Below are positions 24,291 through 34,000 of a DNA stretch of 34,141 bases, piece after piece. Source of the DNA: Klebsiella phage ST13-OXA48phi12.2; sequence record MK422452.1. One strand, given 5' to 3'. The translations under genes and the position numbers were made by a program. The notes beneath the pieces are model-generated. The model was not told the origin of the DNA and did no database searches. It was given only the letters and a program-made list of their open reading frames with translations. The number at the start of each line of letters is the position of its first letter. Positions within the stretch are counted from its first letter, which is position 1.

Positions 24291-24995
24291 ATGTCAGCAC
24301 TATTTGAACGTGCCCAAAAAACGGTAGTAATGATTACCTCTGTGCCGGTCACCTCGGCAGAGCTGGATACCGCAACCTGGTTAAACCTGAGTTGCACTAT
24401 CAAACAGGCAAGCTTTACCGCTGGTCAGAAAAACGATATTGACGTGACAACGCTCTGTTCGGATGAAACGGAAAATATCAACGGCCTTCCTGCTCCGTCT
24501 GAAATGTCACTTTCCGGTAACTTCTACCGCAACCCGGCGCAGGATGCACTTCGTGAAGCATATGATAACGACGGGGTTTATGGGTTTAAGGTTATTTTCC
24601 CGTCTGGTAATGGATTCCTGATGCGCGCTGAGGTACGTCAGCACACCTGGGATTCTCAAACCAATGGCGTGGTTGCTGCAACGTTCTCGCTGCGTCTGAA
24701 AGGTAAACCCACCAATATTAACGCCCCAGGAGTTCTGTCGTTTGCTACTGACCTTCCGGCGTCCCAAACGGTCGCGGCAGGAAGCGCCCTGACCATGGGC
24801 GTGGTCGTCCAGGGCGGTACGGCACCTTATACCTACGCCTGGAAAAAGGGCACCTCGACGGTCAGCGGCCAGACCAGCGCAACGTTTACGAAAGCCAGCG
24901 CTGTATCCGGTGATGCCGGGGTTTATTCCTGCGTGGTTACTGATGCCGATGGCACTGTGATCACTTCTTCTGATTGCACCGTCACCATCAATTAA
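24291..24995 (+). CDS. major tail protein with C-terminal Ig-like (Big_2-type) domain (lambda V-like). Start trimmed to ATG 24291
   Basis: GGAGG lies 6 nt upstream of the second ATG. The C-terminal roughly 90 aa is Thr/Ser/Gly-rich and beta-type (GTAPYTYAWKKG...YSCVVTDADGT), typical of Ig-like decoration domains. Confidence 0.8.
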   Translation: MSALFERAQKTVVMITSVPVTSAELDTATWLNLSCTIKQASFTAGQKNDIDVTTLCSDETENINGLPAPSEMSLSGNFYRNPAQDALREAYDNDGVYGFKVIFPSGNGFLMRAEVRQHTWDSQTNGVVAATFSLRLKGKPTNINAPGVLSFATDLPASQTVAAGSALTMGVVVQGGTAPYTYAWKKGTSTVSGQTSATFTKASAVSGDAGVYSCVVTDADGTVITSSDCTVTIN

Positions 24996-25025
24996 CGGAG
25001 CGCCGGGCGACCGGCGATAAACTTA

Positions 25026-25430
25026 ATGTCAAAACCGAGTCTTAAAGCACTGGCACTGGCACCGATGGCGGGCTTTCGTAAAAAAGAAGTCATCGTTCCG
25101 GAGTGGGATAACGCCAAAGTCATCATTCGTGAGCCATCAGCAGAAGCCTGGATTCGCTGGCAGGGCATTGCCAGCCCGGAACCACCCAAACCACCGGAAG
25201 GGCAGGAGCCCCAGGAGGCACCAGAACTGACCCCTTCAGAACGAGCCTTCCGCACGATGCGGGCCGACGTCACGCTTTTCATCGATATTCTGCTGGATAC
25301 CGACCTGCAGCCCGTCTTTACTGTCGATGACACCGAACAGGTTGAAGCGATCTATGGCCCTGTGCATTCCCGGCTGTTGAAGCAGGCACTTGATCTCATT
25401 CGTGACGCGGATGATGCTAAAGCAAAGTAA
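25026..25430 (+). CDS. tail assembly chaperone (gpG-like)
   Basis: Acidic 134-aa protein directly upstream of the tape-measure region and overlapped by a -1 frame ORF. Confidence 0.7.
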   Translation: MSKPSLKALALAPMAGFRKKEVIVPEWDNAKVIIREPSAEAWIRWQGIASPEPPKPPEGQEPQEAPELTPSERAFRTMRADVTLFIDILLDTDLQPVFTVDDTEQVEAIYGPVHSRLLKQALDLIRDADDAKAK

Positions 25431-25432
25431 AA

Positions 25433-25738
25433 ATGCCTGGCATGCAGTTCCTGATGGCGCTGGCGCTCCGGATGGGCCGCACGCTGGGCGAACTGCGACA
25501 AACCATGACGGTTGGCGAATTCAGGATGTGGGCTGAGTACGACCGTATCAGCCCAATCGGCGATATTCGCGGCGATATCCTCAATGCTCAGCTGGTATCT
25601 GCGGTTTACGGAGCGCAGGGCGGTAAAATCACTATTGAAGACGCACAGATTCAGTGGAGCGCAGAAGAGGACGAGGCAAGCGACAGCAGCGATCCCTTTG
25701 CAGGCTTAGAAGCCGCTTTGCTCGCGGCTTCTCAGTGA
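25433..25738 (+). CDS. gpT-like tail assembly protein, expected to be made mainly as a G-T fusion by a -1 frameshift
   Basis: The ORF is in the -1 frame relative to G. That frame opens at 25415, overlapping the last codons of G. The sequence MQFLMALALRMGRTLGEL...EFRMWAEY is typical of lambda-like T proteins. Confidence 0.6.
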   Translation: MPGMQFLMALALRMGRTLGELRQTMTVGEFRMWAEYDRISPIGDIRGDILNAQLVSAVYGAQGGKITIEDAQIQWSAEEDEASDSSDPFAGLEAALLAASQ

Positions 25739-25792
25739 CAATACATACGCGACGGTTTAGGATTCCCTATCGCCAATGAAAAGGGGAATTTT

Positions 25793-26077
25793 GTGAAAAA
25801 ATTATTATTAGGTTTTATTTTTATCACATCAGCAGCTAGTGCAACGCAAATTCTTGAACCACAAGAACTGCAAAAGCTAACAAATACCATTTGTTCTCAG
25901 CACTCAAATCCATCTCTGTGCGTGAAAGCTTTTTATAAAGTTATATCATACACCAAAGAGAATGATGATTACTTTTATTACTGTCAAAAATCTAAAGATT
26001 CAGGAATGTCAACAGATAAAGAATTATGCAATCAATCTAAAATTCTGAGGGATTTCATTGACCAGAATGCAAACTAG
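25793..26077 (+). CDS. AT-rich secreted small Cys-rich protein (signal peptide, 6 Cys). Moron between T and the tape measure gene
   Basis: GTG start with AAAAGGGGA RBS. The N-terminus MKKLLLGFIFITSAASA-TQ looks like a signal peptide with an ASA cleavage site. Very low GC. Followed by its own strong terminator. Confidence 0.6.
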   Translation: MKKLLLGFIFITSAASATQILEPQELQKLTNTICSQHSNPSLCVKAFYKVISYTKENDDYFYYCQKSKDSGMSTDKELCNQSKILRDFIDQNAN

Positions 26078-26097
26078 ATTGTTTGATTATAAAAAAT

Positions 26098-26124
26098 AAC
26101 CTGCTTCGGCAGGTTTTTTATTTT
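26098..26124 (+). terminator. rho-independent (bidirectional-type) terminator: A6-AACCTGC-ttcg-GCAGGTT-T6ATTTT
   Basis: A perfect 7-bp stem flanked by an A-run and a T-run, 20 nt after the moron stop. Confidence 0.65.
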
Positions 26125-26137
26125 AAAGAGGTAGTAA

Positions 26138-29100
26138 ATGGCAACCCTGCGTGAACTTATCATTAAGGTTTCAGCAAACTCTCAATCATTTCAGACTGAG
26201 ATCGCCCGCGCTTCACGCATGGGACAAGACTATTATAAAACCATGCAAAATGGTGGGCGTCAGGCAGCTGCGGCTGCGAAAGAAAGTCAAAAAGCTCTTT
26301 CCGAGTTAACCGATGGATTTGCTTCTGCTGGTCGAGCAGCTACGGCTGCGGCTGCAGCATTTGCTACAGGAAAACTGGTTCAGATTGCTGATCAATGGAA
26401 CTCAGTGAATGCGCGTCTTAAACAAGCCTCAGTGTCTACTAATGATTTTACTTTATCTCAGACCCGATTAATGGCGATTAGCCAGAGTACGGGCACTGCT
26501 TTTACTGATAACGCTAATTTATTTTCACGCGCGGCAGCATCAATGCGTGAATTTGGCTACAGCTCAGATGAAGTGCTCAAAATCACCGAAGCGGTATCAA
26601 CAGGACTTAAACTATCTGGTGCAAGCACAGAAGAAGCCGGTTCTGTTATTACCCAGTTCAGTCAGGCCCTTGCTCAAGGTGTTTTGCGTGGTGAAGAGTT
26701 TAACGCGGTTAACGAATCTGGTGATCGTGTCATCCGCGCCCTGGCTGCTGGTATGGGTGTTGCTCGAAAAGACCTTAAAGCAATGGCTGATCAGGGGCAA
26801 CTTACCATTGATAAAGTCGTACCAGCTTTGATCAGTCAATTAGGTGTATTACAGGGGGAGTTTTCCTCGTTGCCACCAACAGTTTCTGGATCAATGCAAA
26901 AAGTCACTAACTCTTTTATGGCATGGGTTGGTGGGGTGAACCAGGCAACTGGCGCGACAGATGCACTTTCTGGCGGTCTTGATGGGCTGGCAGGTACGCT
27001 GGATTCTCTTACATCTTCCGCTGTCAGCGGGGCCCTCAGTGACGTAGCAGATAATATGTCACTAATTACCACTGCTGCTGGTGGTTTGGTTGGGATCGGA
27101 TTAGCCCGGTATCTTGGTGGGATTGTTACCAGCGCAAGCAGTGCTACTGGCGCACTTATTTCAGCGGCAAAATCTGAGGTAGCCCTTGCAGTCGCTCAAG
27201 AAAAAGCAGCGCAATCTTCTGTTGCCGCTTCCCGCGCCGCTGTTTATCGTGCCCAGCAAGCTCTTCAGAGTGCTAAAAGTGCAGATGTTCAGGCGGCACA
27301 ACAGGAGAGGGTTGCGGCCGCAGAAGCCAAGGTTACTGCTGCGCAAGGTCGATTGACTACTGCCCTCGCCACCGGGACAGCTACAGAAAAAGTACGAGCA
27401 CGAACAGCTCTGGAGCGGGCTCAGGCCGGGCTTGTAGCTGCAAAAAATGCCGATGCACAGGCTATTGCAGAAAGAAAACTTGCTGCAGCGCAAGCGGCGC
27501 TTAGTCGTAATATTTCAGGTAGGGTTTCTGCTCAAAATAATCTTAACAGCGTTACCTCTGTCGGCACCCGGTTGATGAGCGGGGCTCTTGGGCTGGTTGG
27601 TGGTATACCCGGGTTAGTTATGCTGGGTGCGGGCGCATGGTACGCTATGTACCAAAGCCAGGAACAAGCAAGAAAATCAGCTCAGGAATATGCCAGCCAA
27701 ATAGATCAGATCAGAGAAAAAACCTCCTCAATGACCCTACCTGAGGTCGATAGTAATCGAAGATTAACGGTTGAGGCGATGCAGGAGCAAAAACGCCTAA
27801 TCGAAGACCAAGAACAAAGTGTAAAAAAACTTAACGGGCAAATAAATGATTTAAATGAAAGTAGAAGCAAACCAGGTATAACTCAAGAAAATGATTTAAA
27901 TATTACAAAAGCTATTGCAATTTTGACCGAGCAGGTTGTCGTAGAAGAAGACAAGCTTCGTCAGATGCGAGAAAAATCCAGTGATATATTAAAGGCACTT
28001 GAGGAGAATGAAAGAAGAAGAAATGATCTTATAAAAGAAAGAGCATGGCGGCAAAATGCAGAATACCAGAGTCTAATATTGATGACTGGTAAGTATTCCG
28101 AAGTTAACCGTTTACTTGGATTAGGAAACCAGCTTTTAATGGAACGGCAGGGCTTGGTTAATGTTCCAATGCGAATGCCTCAGGCTGATTTAACATCACA
28201 GCAAGCCAATGCTCTGGAAAAAAGCCGTCAGGACCTTGAACTATCAAAGCTTAAAGGAGAAGCAAGGGAGAGAGCACGGTTAGGTTATGCCGCTGACGAA
28301 TTGGGGCTTAAGGATGAACCTCAGTTTAAAACTAACCGCGATCTGTTTATTAATCAGGGGTTGGCGAAATGGCAAAACGATGAATCCAATAAACCCACCC
28401 GGAAAGCGCCAAAAAGCGAAGAGGTTAAAGCAGCTGAAAAGACAGAAGACGTTTACAAGCGCCTTATTAAACAGCAGCAGGAACAAATTGCCCTGGGAAG
28501 CCAGAATACCGAACTGGCTAAAATGAAATATCAGGTGACGCAGGGGGAGCTAGCCTCTCTTGAGCAAGCCAAAAAAGAAATAATCCTTCAAAATGCTGCA
28601 CTAATCGATCAGAAAAACATTGCTGAACAGTTGCAAACGTTCCGTGATGGGCTGGCTGACAGTAATGCCGCTGCGCGTGACCGGGGGAATATAGATTTTC
28701 TTGGCGCCGGGATGGGAGATAAAGCCCGCGACCGCATGAAGGAAATGGCGGATATTCGCACTGACTTCCGTAAGCAGCAGGATGAGCTTCAGCGTGACTT
28801 TAACAAGAAGCAAATTTCTGAAGACCAGTACAAACAGCAAACGGAAGCGCTGCAGGCGGCGCTTGCTGAACGGTTAGCGATTCAGGAGGACTACTACAAA
28901 AAGACCGATGAACAGCAGTCAGACTGGCGCACGGGGATCAGCGATTCCCTGATGAATTATGCCGATCAGTCTTCTGATCTGAGCTCAATGGCTGCCACTG
29001 CAACCAGCGAGATTCTGGATGCCACCACTAACTCTATCTCGAACAACCTGACAAACGTCCTGACAGGCGCTGCTTCGTTTAAAGATGGGATGTCGAATAT

Positions 29101-29716
29101 TTTTTCTTCCCTGGGCGAAACGGTGATTAAGACGCTGATCCAGATGGCAACACAGGCGTTGATCACTAAAGCGATTATGGCGTCATTTGGCGGCGGAGCG
29201 GGTGGGTTGTTCGGTAGTCTTTTTGGCGGTGCCAGCGGTGCGGCAAGTAGTGGTACCGCTATTCAAAGCGCGGGAGCTAATTTTTCATTTAACGCTCTCG
29301 GAGGCGTTTACGATTCTCCGTCACTTTCTGCCTACAGCAATGGTGTTTACAGCACTCCCCAATATTTTGCGTTTGCGAAAGGTGCGGGTGTATTCGGCGA
29401 GGCCGGGCCGGAAGCCATCATGCCGCTTACCCGTGGTGCTGATGGTTCGCTGGGGGTTCGTGCTGTAGGTCGTGAGTCCCCTGCGGTACAGAACGCAGCA
29501 AGTCAGATTCAGGCGCAGCCACGGATAGCTGTTAGCGTGGACGCACGAAGCACGTTCACCGGCAAACCGGATGACATAACGATGCAGGCCGTTGAGCGAA
29601 GAAATAATGCTCTTGAACAGCGGATTATTAACTCTCTAACCGCCGAGATAGATAACCCACAGAAGAAATTCGGTCGGGCTATTTATTCAAATCTCCAATC
29701 CAAAAAACCAAGATAG
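26138..29716 (+). CDS. tail tape measure protein
   Basis: 1192 aa. Ala/Gln-rich helical protein with a Gly-rich C-terminal segment, directly after G/T. Confidence 0.9.
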   Translation: MATLRELIIKVSANSQSFQTEIARASRMGQDYYKTMQNGGRQAAAAAKESQKALSELTDGFASAGRAATAAAAAFATGKLVQIADQWNSVNARLKQASVSTNDFTLSQTRLMAISQSTGTAFTDNANLFSRAAASMREFGYSSDEVLKITEAVSTGLKLSGASTEEAGSVITQFSQALAQGVLRGEEFNAVNESGDRVIRALAAGMGVARKDLKAMADQGQLTIDKVVPALISQLGVLQGEFSSLPPTVSGSMQKVTNSFMAWVGGVNQATGATDALSGGLDGLAGTLDSLTSSAVSGALSDVADNMSLITTAAGGLVGIGLARYLGGIVTSASSATGALISAAKSEVALAVAQEKAAQSSVAASRAAVYRAQQALQSAKSADVQAAQQERVAAAEAKVTAAQGRLTTALATGTATEKVRARTALERAQAGLVAAKNADAQAIAERKLAAAQAALSRNISGRVSAQNNLNSVTSVGTRLMSGALGLVGGIPGLVMLGAGAWYAMYQSQEQARKSAQEYASQIDQIREKTSSMTLPEVDSNRRLTVEAMQEQKRLIEDQEQSVKKLNGQINDLNESRSKPGITQENDLNITKAIAILTEQVVVEEDKLRQMREKSSDILKALEENERRRNDLIKERAWRQNAEYQSLILMTGKYSEVNRLLGLGNQLLMERQGLVNVPMRMPQADLTSQQANALEKSRQDLELSKLKGEARERARLGYAADELGLKDEPQFKTNRDLFINQGLAKWQNDESNKPTRKAPKSEEVKAAEKTEDVYKRLIKQQQEQIALGSQNTELAKMKYQVTQGELASLEQAKKEIILQNAALIDQKNIAEQLQTFRDGLADSNAAARDRGNIDFLGAGMGDKARDRMKEMADIRTDFRKQQDELQRDFNKKQISEDQYKQQTEALQAALAERLAIQEDYYKKTDEQQSDWRTGISDSLMNYADQSSDLSSMAATATSEILDATTNSISNNLTNVLTGAASFKDGMSNIFSSLGETVIKTLIQMATQALITKAIMASFGGGAGGLFGSLFGGASGAASSGTAIQSAGANFSFNALGGVYDSPSLSAYSNGVYSTPQYFAFAKGAGVFGEAGPEAIMPLTRGADGSLGVRAVGRESPAVQNAASQIQAQPRIAVSVDARSTFTGKPDDITMQAVERRNNALEQRIINSLTAEIDNPQKKFGRAIYSNLQSKKPR

Positions 29717-29737
29717 ACCTGCCCGGAGGGAATATTC

Positions 29738-30211
29738 ATGGCAGATATTTTCTACCCGGATGAATACCTGCCCATGCCGCTTATGGACGGGTACGGGTTT
29801 AAGCCCATATCACCTTTGCTGCGAACGGAGATGACGTCCGGTCGCGCTCAACAACGAAGGCGATATACCTCAACACCCACCCAGGCATCGGTTAAATGGA
29901 TTTTTAAAACTGATGCTCTGGCGCAGGTGTTTGAGGCGTTTTTCAGGGATGCGCTTAAAGATGGCCAGTCCTGGTTCTATCTGAAACTCCAGACTCCCAT
30001 CGGGGTAAAGCCCTATAAAGCCAGGTTCGTGGATATTTACGAAGGGCCGACGCTGGTCGCGCCAAAATACTGGCAGTACAGCGCAACGCTGGAATTATGG
30101 GAGCGCCCGTTACCGCCTTCTGGTTGGGGAAATTACCCGGAATGGCTGGCGGGCCAGTCGTTACTGGATATTGCGCTAAACAGAGAGTGGCCGAAGCATG
30201 ACAATTCTTGA
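29738..30211 (+). CDS. minor tail protein (gpM-like distal tail component)
   Basis: 157 aa. First gene after the tape measure gene. Confidence 0.55.
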   Translation: MADIFYPDEYLPMPLMDGYGFKPISPLLRTEMTSGRAQQRRRYTSTPTQASVKWIFKTDALAQVFEAFFRDALKDGQSWFYLKLQTPIGVKPYKARFVDIYEGPTLVAPKYWQYSATLELWERPLPPSGWGNYPEWLAGQSLLDIALNREWPKHDNS

Positions 30212-30674
30212 GCGGCTATATGCCAGCAGCGGATCGGAGGTTATTCACGATACGCTGCAGATATCGGCAGGAGATGATAACTACTGGCTAACCAGTGGCT
30301 GGGATGACGTTTCAGTGACGCTGGAAAATGGTCAGCCGGTGACGTTTGAGGCCAGCGCGATAGATATCGCCTTACCAGCCAGGAACGCCGACGGGACACA
30401 GGATTTAAAGTTTGCTATCAGCAATATTGACGGAAGGGTTTCTGAGGCGATAGATAAAATTCTGGATGAAATGAAATCAGCCACGCTGACATTCCGGCGG
30501 TACATTTCATCCGATCTGTCTGCTCCGGCATCATCACCGTATACGCTCGATATCAAATCCGGCTCCTGGACCCCGACAGCAGTTCAGGTCACGGCAGGCT
30601 ATATGAATGTCCTCAAAACAGCCTGGCCCCGTAAACGTTACAACCTCGCCGAGCATCCGGGCTTACGTTACTAA
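30198..30674 (+). CDS. DUF1833-family minor tail protein (gpL analogue)
   Basis: An N-terminus MTILERLYASSGSEVIHDTLQI is typical of DUF1833 proteins as I recall them. Confidence 0.6.
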   Translation: MTILERLYASSGSEVIHDTLQISAGDDNYWLTSGWDDVSVTLENGQPVTFEASAIDIALPARNADGTQDLKFAISNIDGRVSEAIDKILDEMKSATLTFRRYISSDLSAPASSPYTLDIKSGSWTPTAVQVTAGYMNVLKTAWPRKRYNLAEHPGLRY

Positions 30675-30686
30675 TCTGAGGCAAAT

Positions 30687-31067
30687 ATGTTTAACCCTGA
30701 TAAATACCGTTCAGTCACCTGGCTGAAGGGCGGGCGCGTATATCCGCAGCTCGACTGTTTCGGCATTGTAAATGAGATACGTCGCGACCTGGGGCTACCT
30801 GAATGGCCGGATTTTGCAGGTGTGACCAAAGACGGCGGGGGCCTCGACCGGGAAGCGAGAAAGCTGATGCTTTCGCTGAAACGTTGTGAACCCTGTGAAG
30901 GTGCCGGAGTGGCTTGCTATTCGGGCTCAACAGTTTCCCATGTCGGGATCGTTGTAATGCTCGATAACCAGCTGCAGGTCGCGGAATGCAATCCAGGCTC
31001 GGGGGTTACGTTTCTGCCACTGTCGCGATTTATCCGTCGCTTTAACCGCGTGGAGTTCTGGCAATGA
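30687..31067 (+). CDS. NlpC/P60 (C40) family tail protein (gpK-like)
   Basis: A Cys in DCFG and a His in SHVGIV are spaced like the Cys-His dyad of NlpC/P60 domains. GAGG RBS. Confidence 0.7.
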   Translation: MFNPDKYRSVTWLKGGRVYPQLDCFGIVNEIRRDLGLPEWPDFAGVTKDGGGLDREARKLMLSLKRCEPCEGAGVACYSGSTVSHVGIVVMLDNQLQVAECNPGSGVTFLPLSRFIRRFNRVEFWQ

Positions 31068-34000
31068 CGATAAAGTTTTACCCGTCCCGGCTACCGGGTG
31101 AACCCCTTGAAACGCACGAGCATGGTGTGCTGACGCTGCATGAGTGGATGTGCAGAAATGTCCCAAGCTATTCACAGGATAAAACCCATCCTGTCGTGAT
31201 CGAGCTGAACGGCCAGGCAGTCCCCCCGGCGGAATGGCCGTTATGTTTGTTGCGGCCAGACAGCGACGTGCGGATATATCCCATTCCGTATGGCACGGGT
31301 CTTGAAATTGCCGCGTGGGTTTCGGTGGCCGTATCCATTGCGTCTACGGCCTATGCATTATTCTTTGCCCCTAAACCAGAGCTGGGCGGCTTTTCATCCA
31401 GTAACGCTTCATCGCTGGATCTGAATCCGGCTAAAGCCAACACAGCGAAGCTTGGCGATCCCGTTAGGGAGGCTTTCGGGCGAAACCGGATCTACCCGGA
31501 TTACCTGGTACAGCCGGTAACGCGATTCGACCCCGCTGATCCAACCAGAATGACGGTCGAAATGTTTGTCTGCCTTGGATATGGGCGTTTCTCCTATACT
31601 GGTGGGGATTTTCGGGTAGGAGAAACTCCGGCGCTGACCTTAGGCGAGGGCTTTTCATATACCAGCTATGGGCCCGGCGATAATGTGGCTGGTGATCGTC
31701 GCAGTGAGATATGGTTCAACTCAACGGAAGTTGGGGGAACGTCGAGCGGCAGCGGCCTCGATATGGCCCAGACTGCCCCTGAAGCCAGTGATATCCTTGC
31801 TGATGCCATGACCGTCAGCGGTGCCTCTGTCTCGTTTTCTGGCCTCGATGTAGATGATGATAATGATGAAGACGAGGATGAGAACAAACTTCCTCCTGGC
31901 TGGATCGCCGGTGCAATTGTCACCCTGAAAGCGCCAGTGAATTATCAGGTATCCATCGAGGGCGGTTTTAACGTTCTGACAGGCGACGTCGTGTCAGAGA
32001 TTGCGCCATTCAGCGGAATGCCTGTCACCCTAACGTTTAACGGTACTGACTATGACCTGCAGATCGCCACGTATACCCCTCACCAGGACGCCGTTCCGGG
32101 AACAGGGGGAGCGACTGCGGTATTACGCGCCAGTGCCTCGCCGTCAACGTATGATTTTACGACAACCAGCCAGACCTTTGCTCTGACCTGGCAGGGTATC
32201 ACCTATACCATATCTCTGGTCGCCAACTACGGCACAATGTCTGGCTTGCTCGCAGCGATTAACGGCGGGTTGAATGGTTCTGGGCTCATTGCTCAGGATG
32301 ATGGCGGCGTGATACGTATCGTGGAGATCTCCAGCCCCTGGCGTGGCGGTTCCATTACGTCATCATTCCTGCCTGCGTCAGTATTTGGCGACAGCCCGGT
32401 ATTTACAGCTGGTACAGCATCCAGCGGCGGAAGCCCTGCGGTAACAGCCAGCGTGACGCTGGCATACGATTCTGGCACTGCCTTTTCCGGATTGCCGGAA
32501 GGCACTCAGCGGATTTCCCTGGCGCACCGTGGAAACGAATACCAGATAGCGTCTACTGATGGTCCCTCTGCGACCGTACAGCGTGTGGTTAACGGTGTCG
32601 TTGACAGCACCTGGTCAGGCTTTATGACCCGTACCGTCGTGGATTTTGCCGCGTCTGGTATTAACGATAATGAAACCTGGCTCGGCCCCTTTCTGGCCTG
32701 CCCGCAAAATGAAGTTGTGGATGCCTTCGAGGTCAACTTTGCTTTCCCAAACGGAATTTGCGGGTTCCAGAACAACGGGAATAAGCGGGTCCGCCATGTC
32801 GAGTATGAAATCCAGTATCGCGTTTATGGTTCCGGATCAGGGTGGACGAGTAAGCCAGGGGTTTACGCGCTTAAAAACATTAATGGCCTCGGTTTTACAG
32901 AGCGTTTTGATCTGTCCTCTCCTGGGCTGGTGGAGGTTCGATGCCGCCGCCGTAACGAGCAGGGGAGCAACAACGCGAGAGACAGCATGTTCTGGCAGGC
33001 GCTCAGAGGTCGTTTGCTTTCCCGTCCGACCTCCTACGCAGGGATATCAACAATAGGGATCACGGTTGAAACCGGCGGCCAGCTGGCGGCGCAGTCAGAC
33101 AAGCGTGTGAGTGTTGTCGCCACACGAAATTATGATGGCGGTGGTGACAGGACAATCAGCGGTGCGTTCCTGCATCTTGCCCGCAGTCTGGGATATCGCG
33201 ACGACCAGATCGACATTGCGGCGCTCAGTACGCTGGAGGCTACCTACTGGACGCCAAGGGGAGAATATTTTGATCACCAGGCAAGCAGTGACAGCACGTC
33301 AGCAAAGGATATTTTCGACAAAATAGCCGAGGCTGGCATGGGGTATTTTCTGCTGTCTGACGGGTTGCTTTCTGTCGGGAGAGAGGGCGTCAAAAGCTGG
33401 ACAGGGATCATTACTCCTCAGGATACCGTGGAGGAAATGCAGACGTCATTCAGGGTCCCGTCGGAGGATGATTTTGATGGCGTGGATGTGAAATATATCA
33501 ACCCTGTGACCTGGGCGGAGGAAACCGTACAGTGCCGGACGCCGGAAAATCCTTTTCCGCGCAAAACTGAGGCATACACCATTGATGTTGCCATGACTGC
33601 AGATCGCGCCTGGCGTATCGGGATGCGTCGGTTAATGAAATATCTCCACCAACGCCGAACGTATACGGCTACGACTTCGATGCTGGGATGGTGTCATGAC
33701 TTCGGTGATCACATCATTTTGTCCGACGACATTCCAACCGGGAAAACCCAAAGTTGCCTGATTGACGCGATGATTTACGACTTCCAGGAAATTACGCTGC
33801 ACGTCACGGAGCCACTGGACTGGAGCTACGCAAATCCTCGCTGCTGGATACAGTTTCAGGACGGTCGACCATCATCGCGAATGCTCACGCCGCAACGGGT
33901 AGATGATTTCACGCTGACGGTGCCGTACAACGACGACCTGCATCCGGATGATTGGATAATGGATGACCCAGATATTGATCCGCCGAAGTTATTGTTCTGC

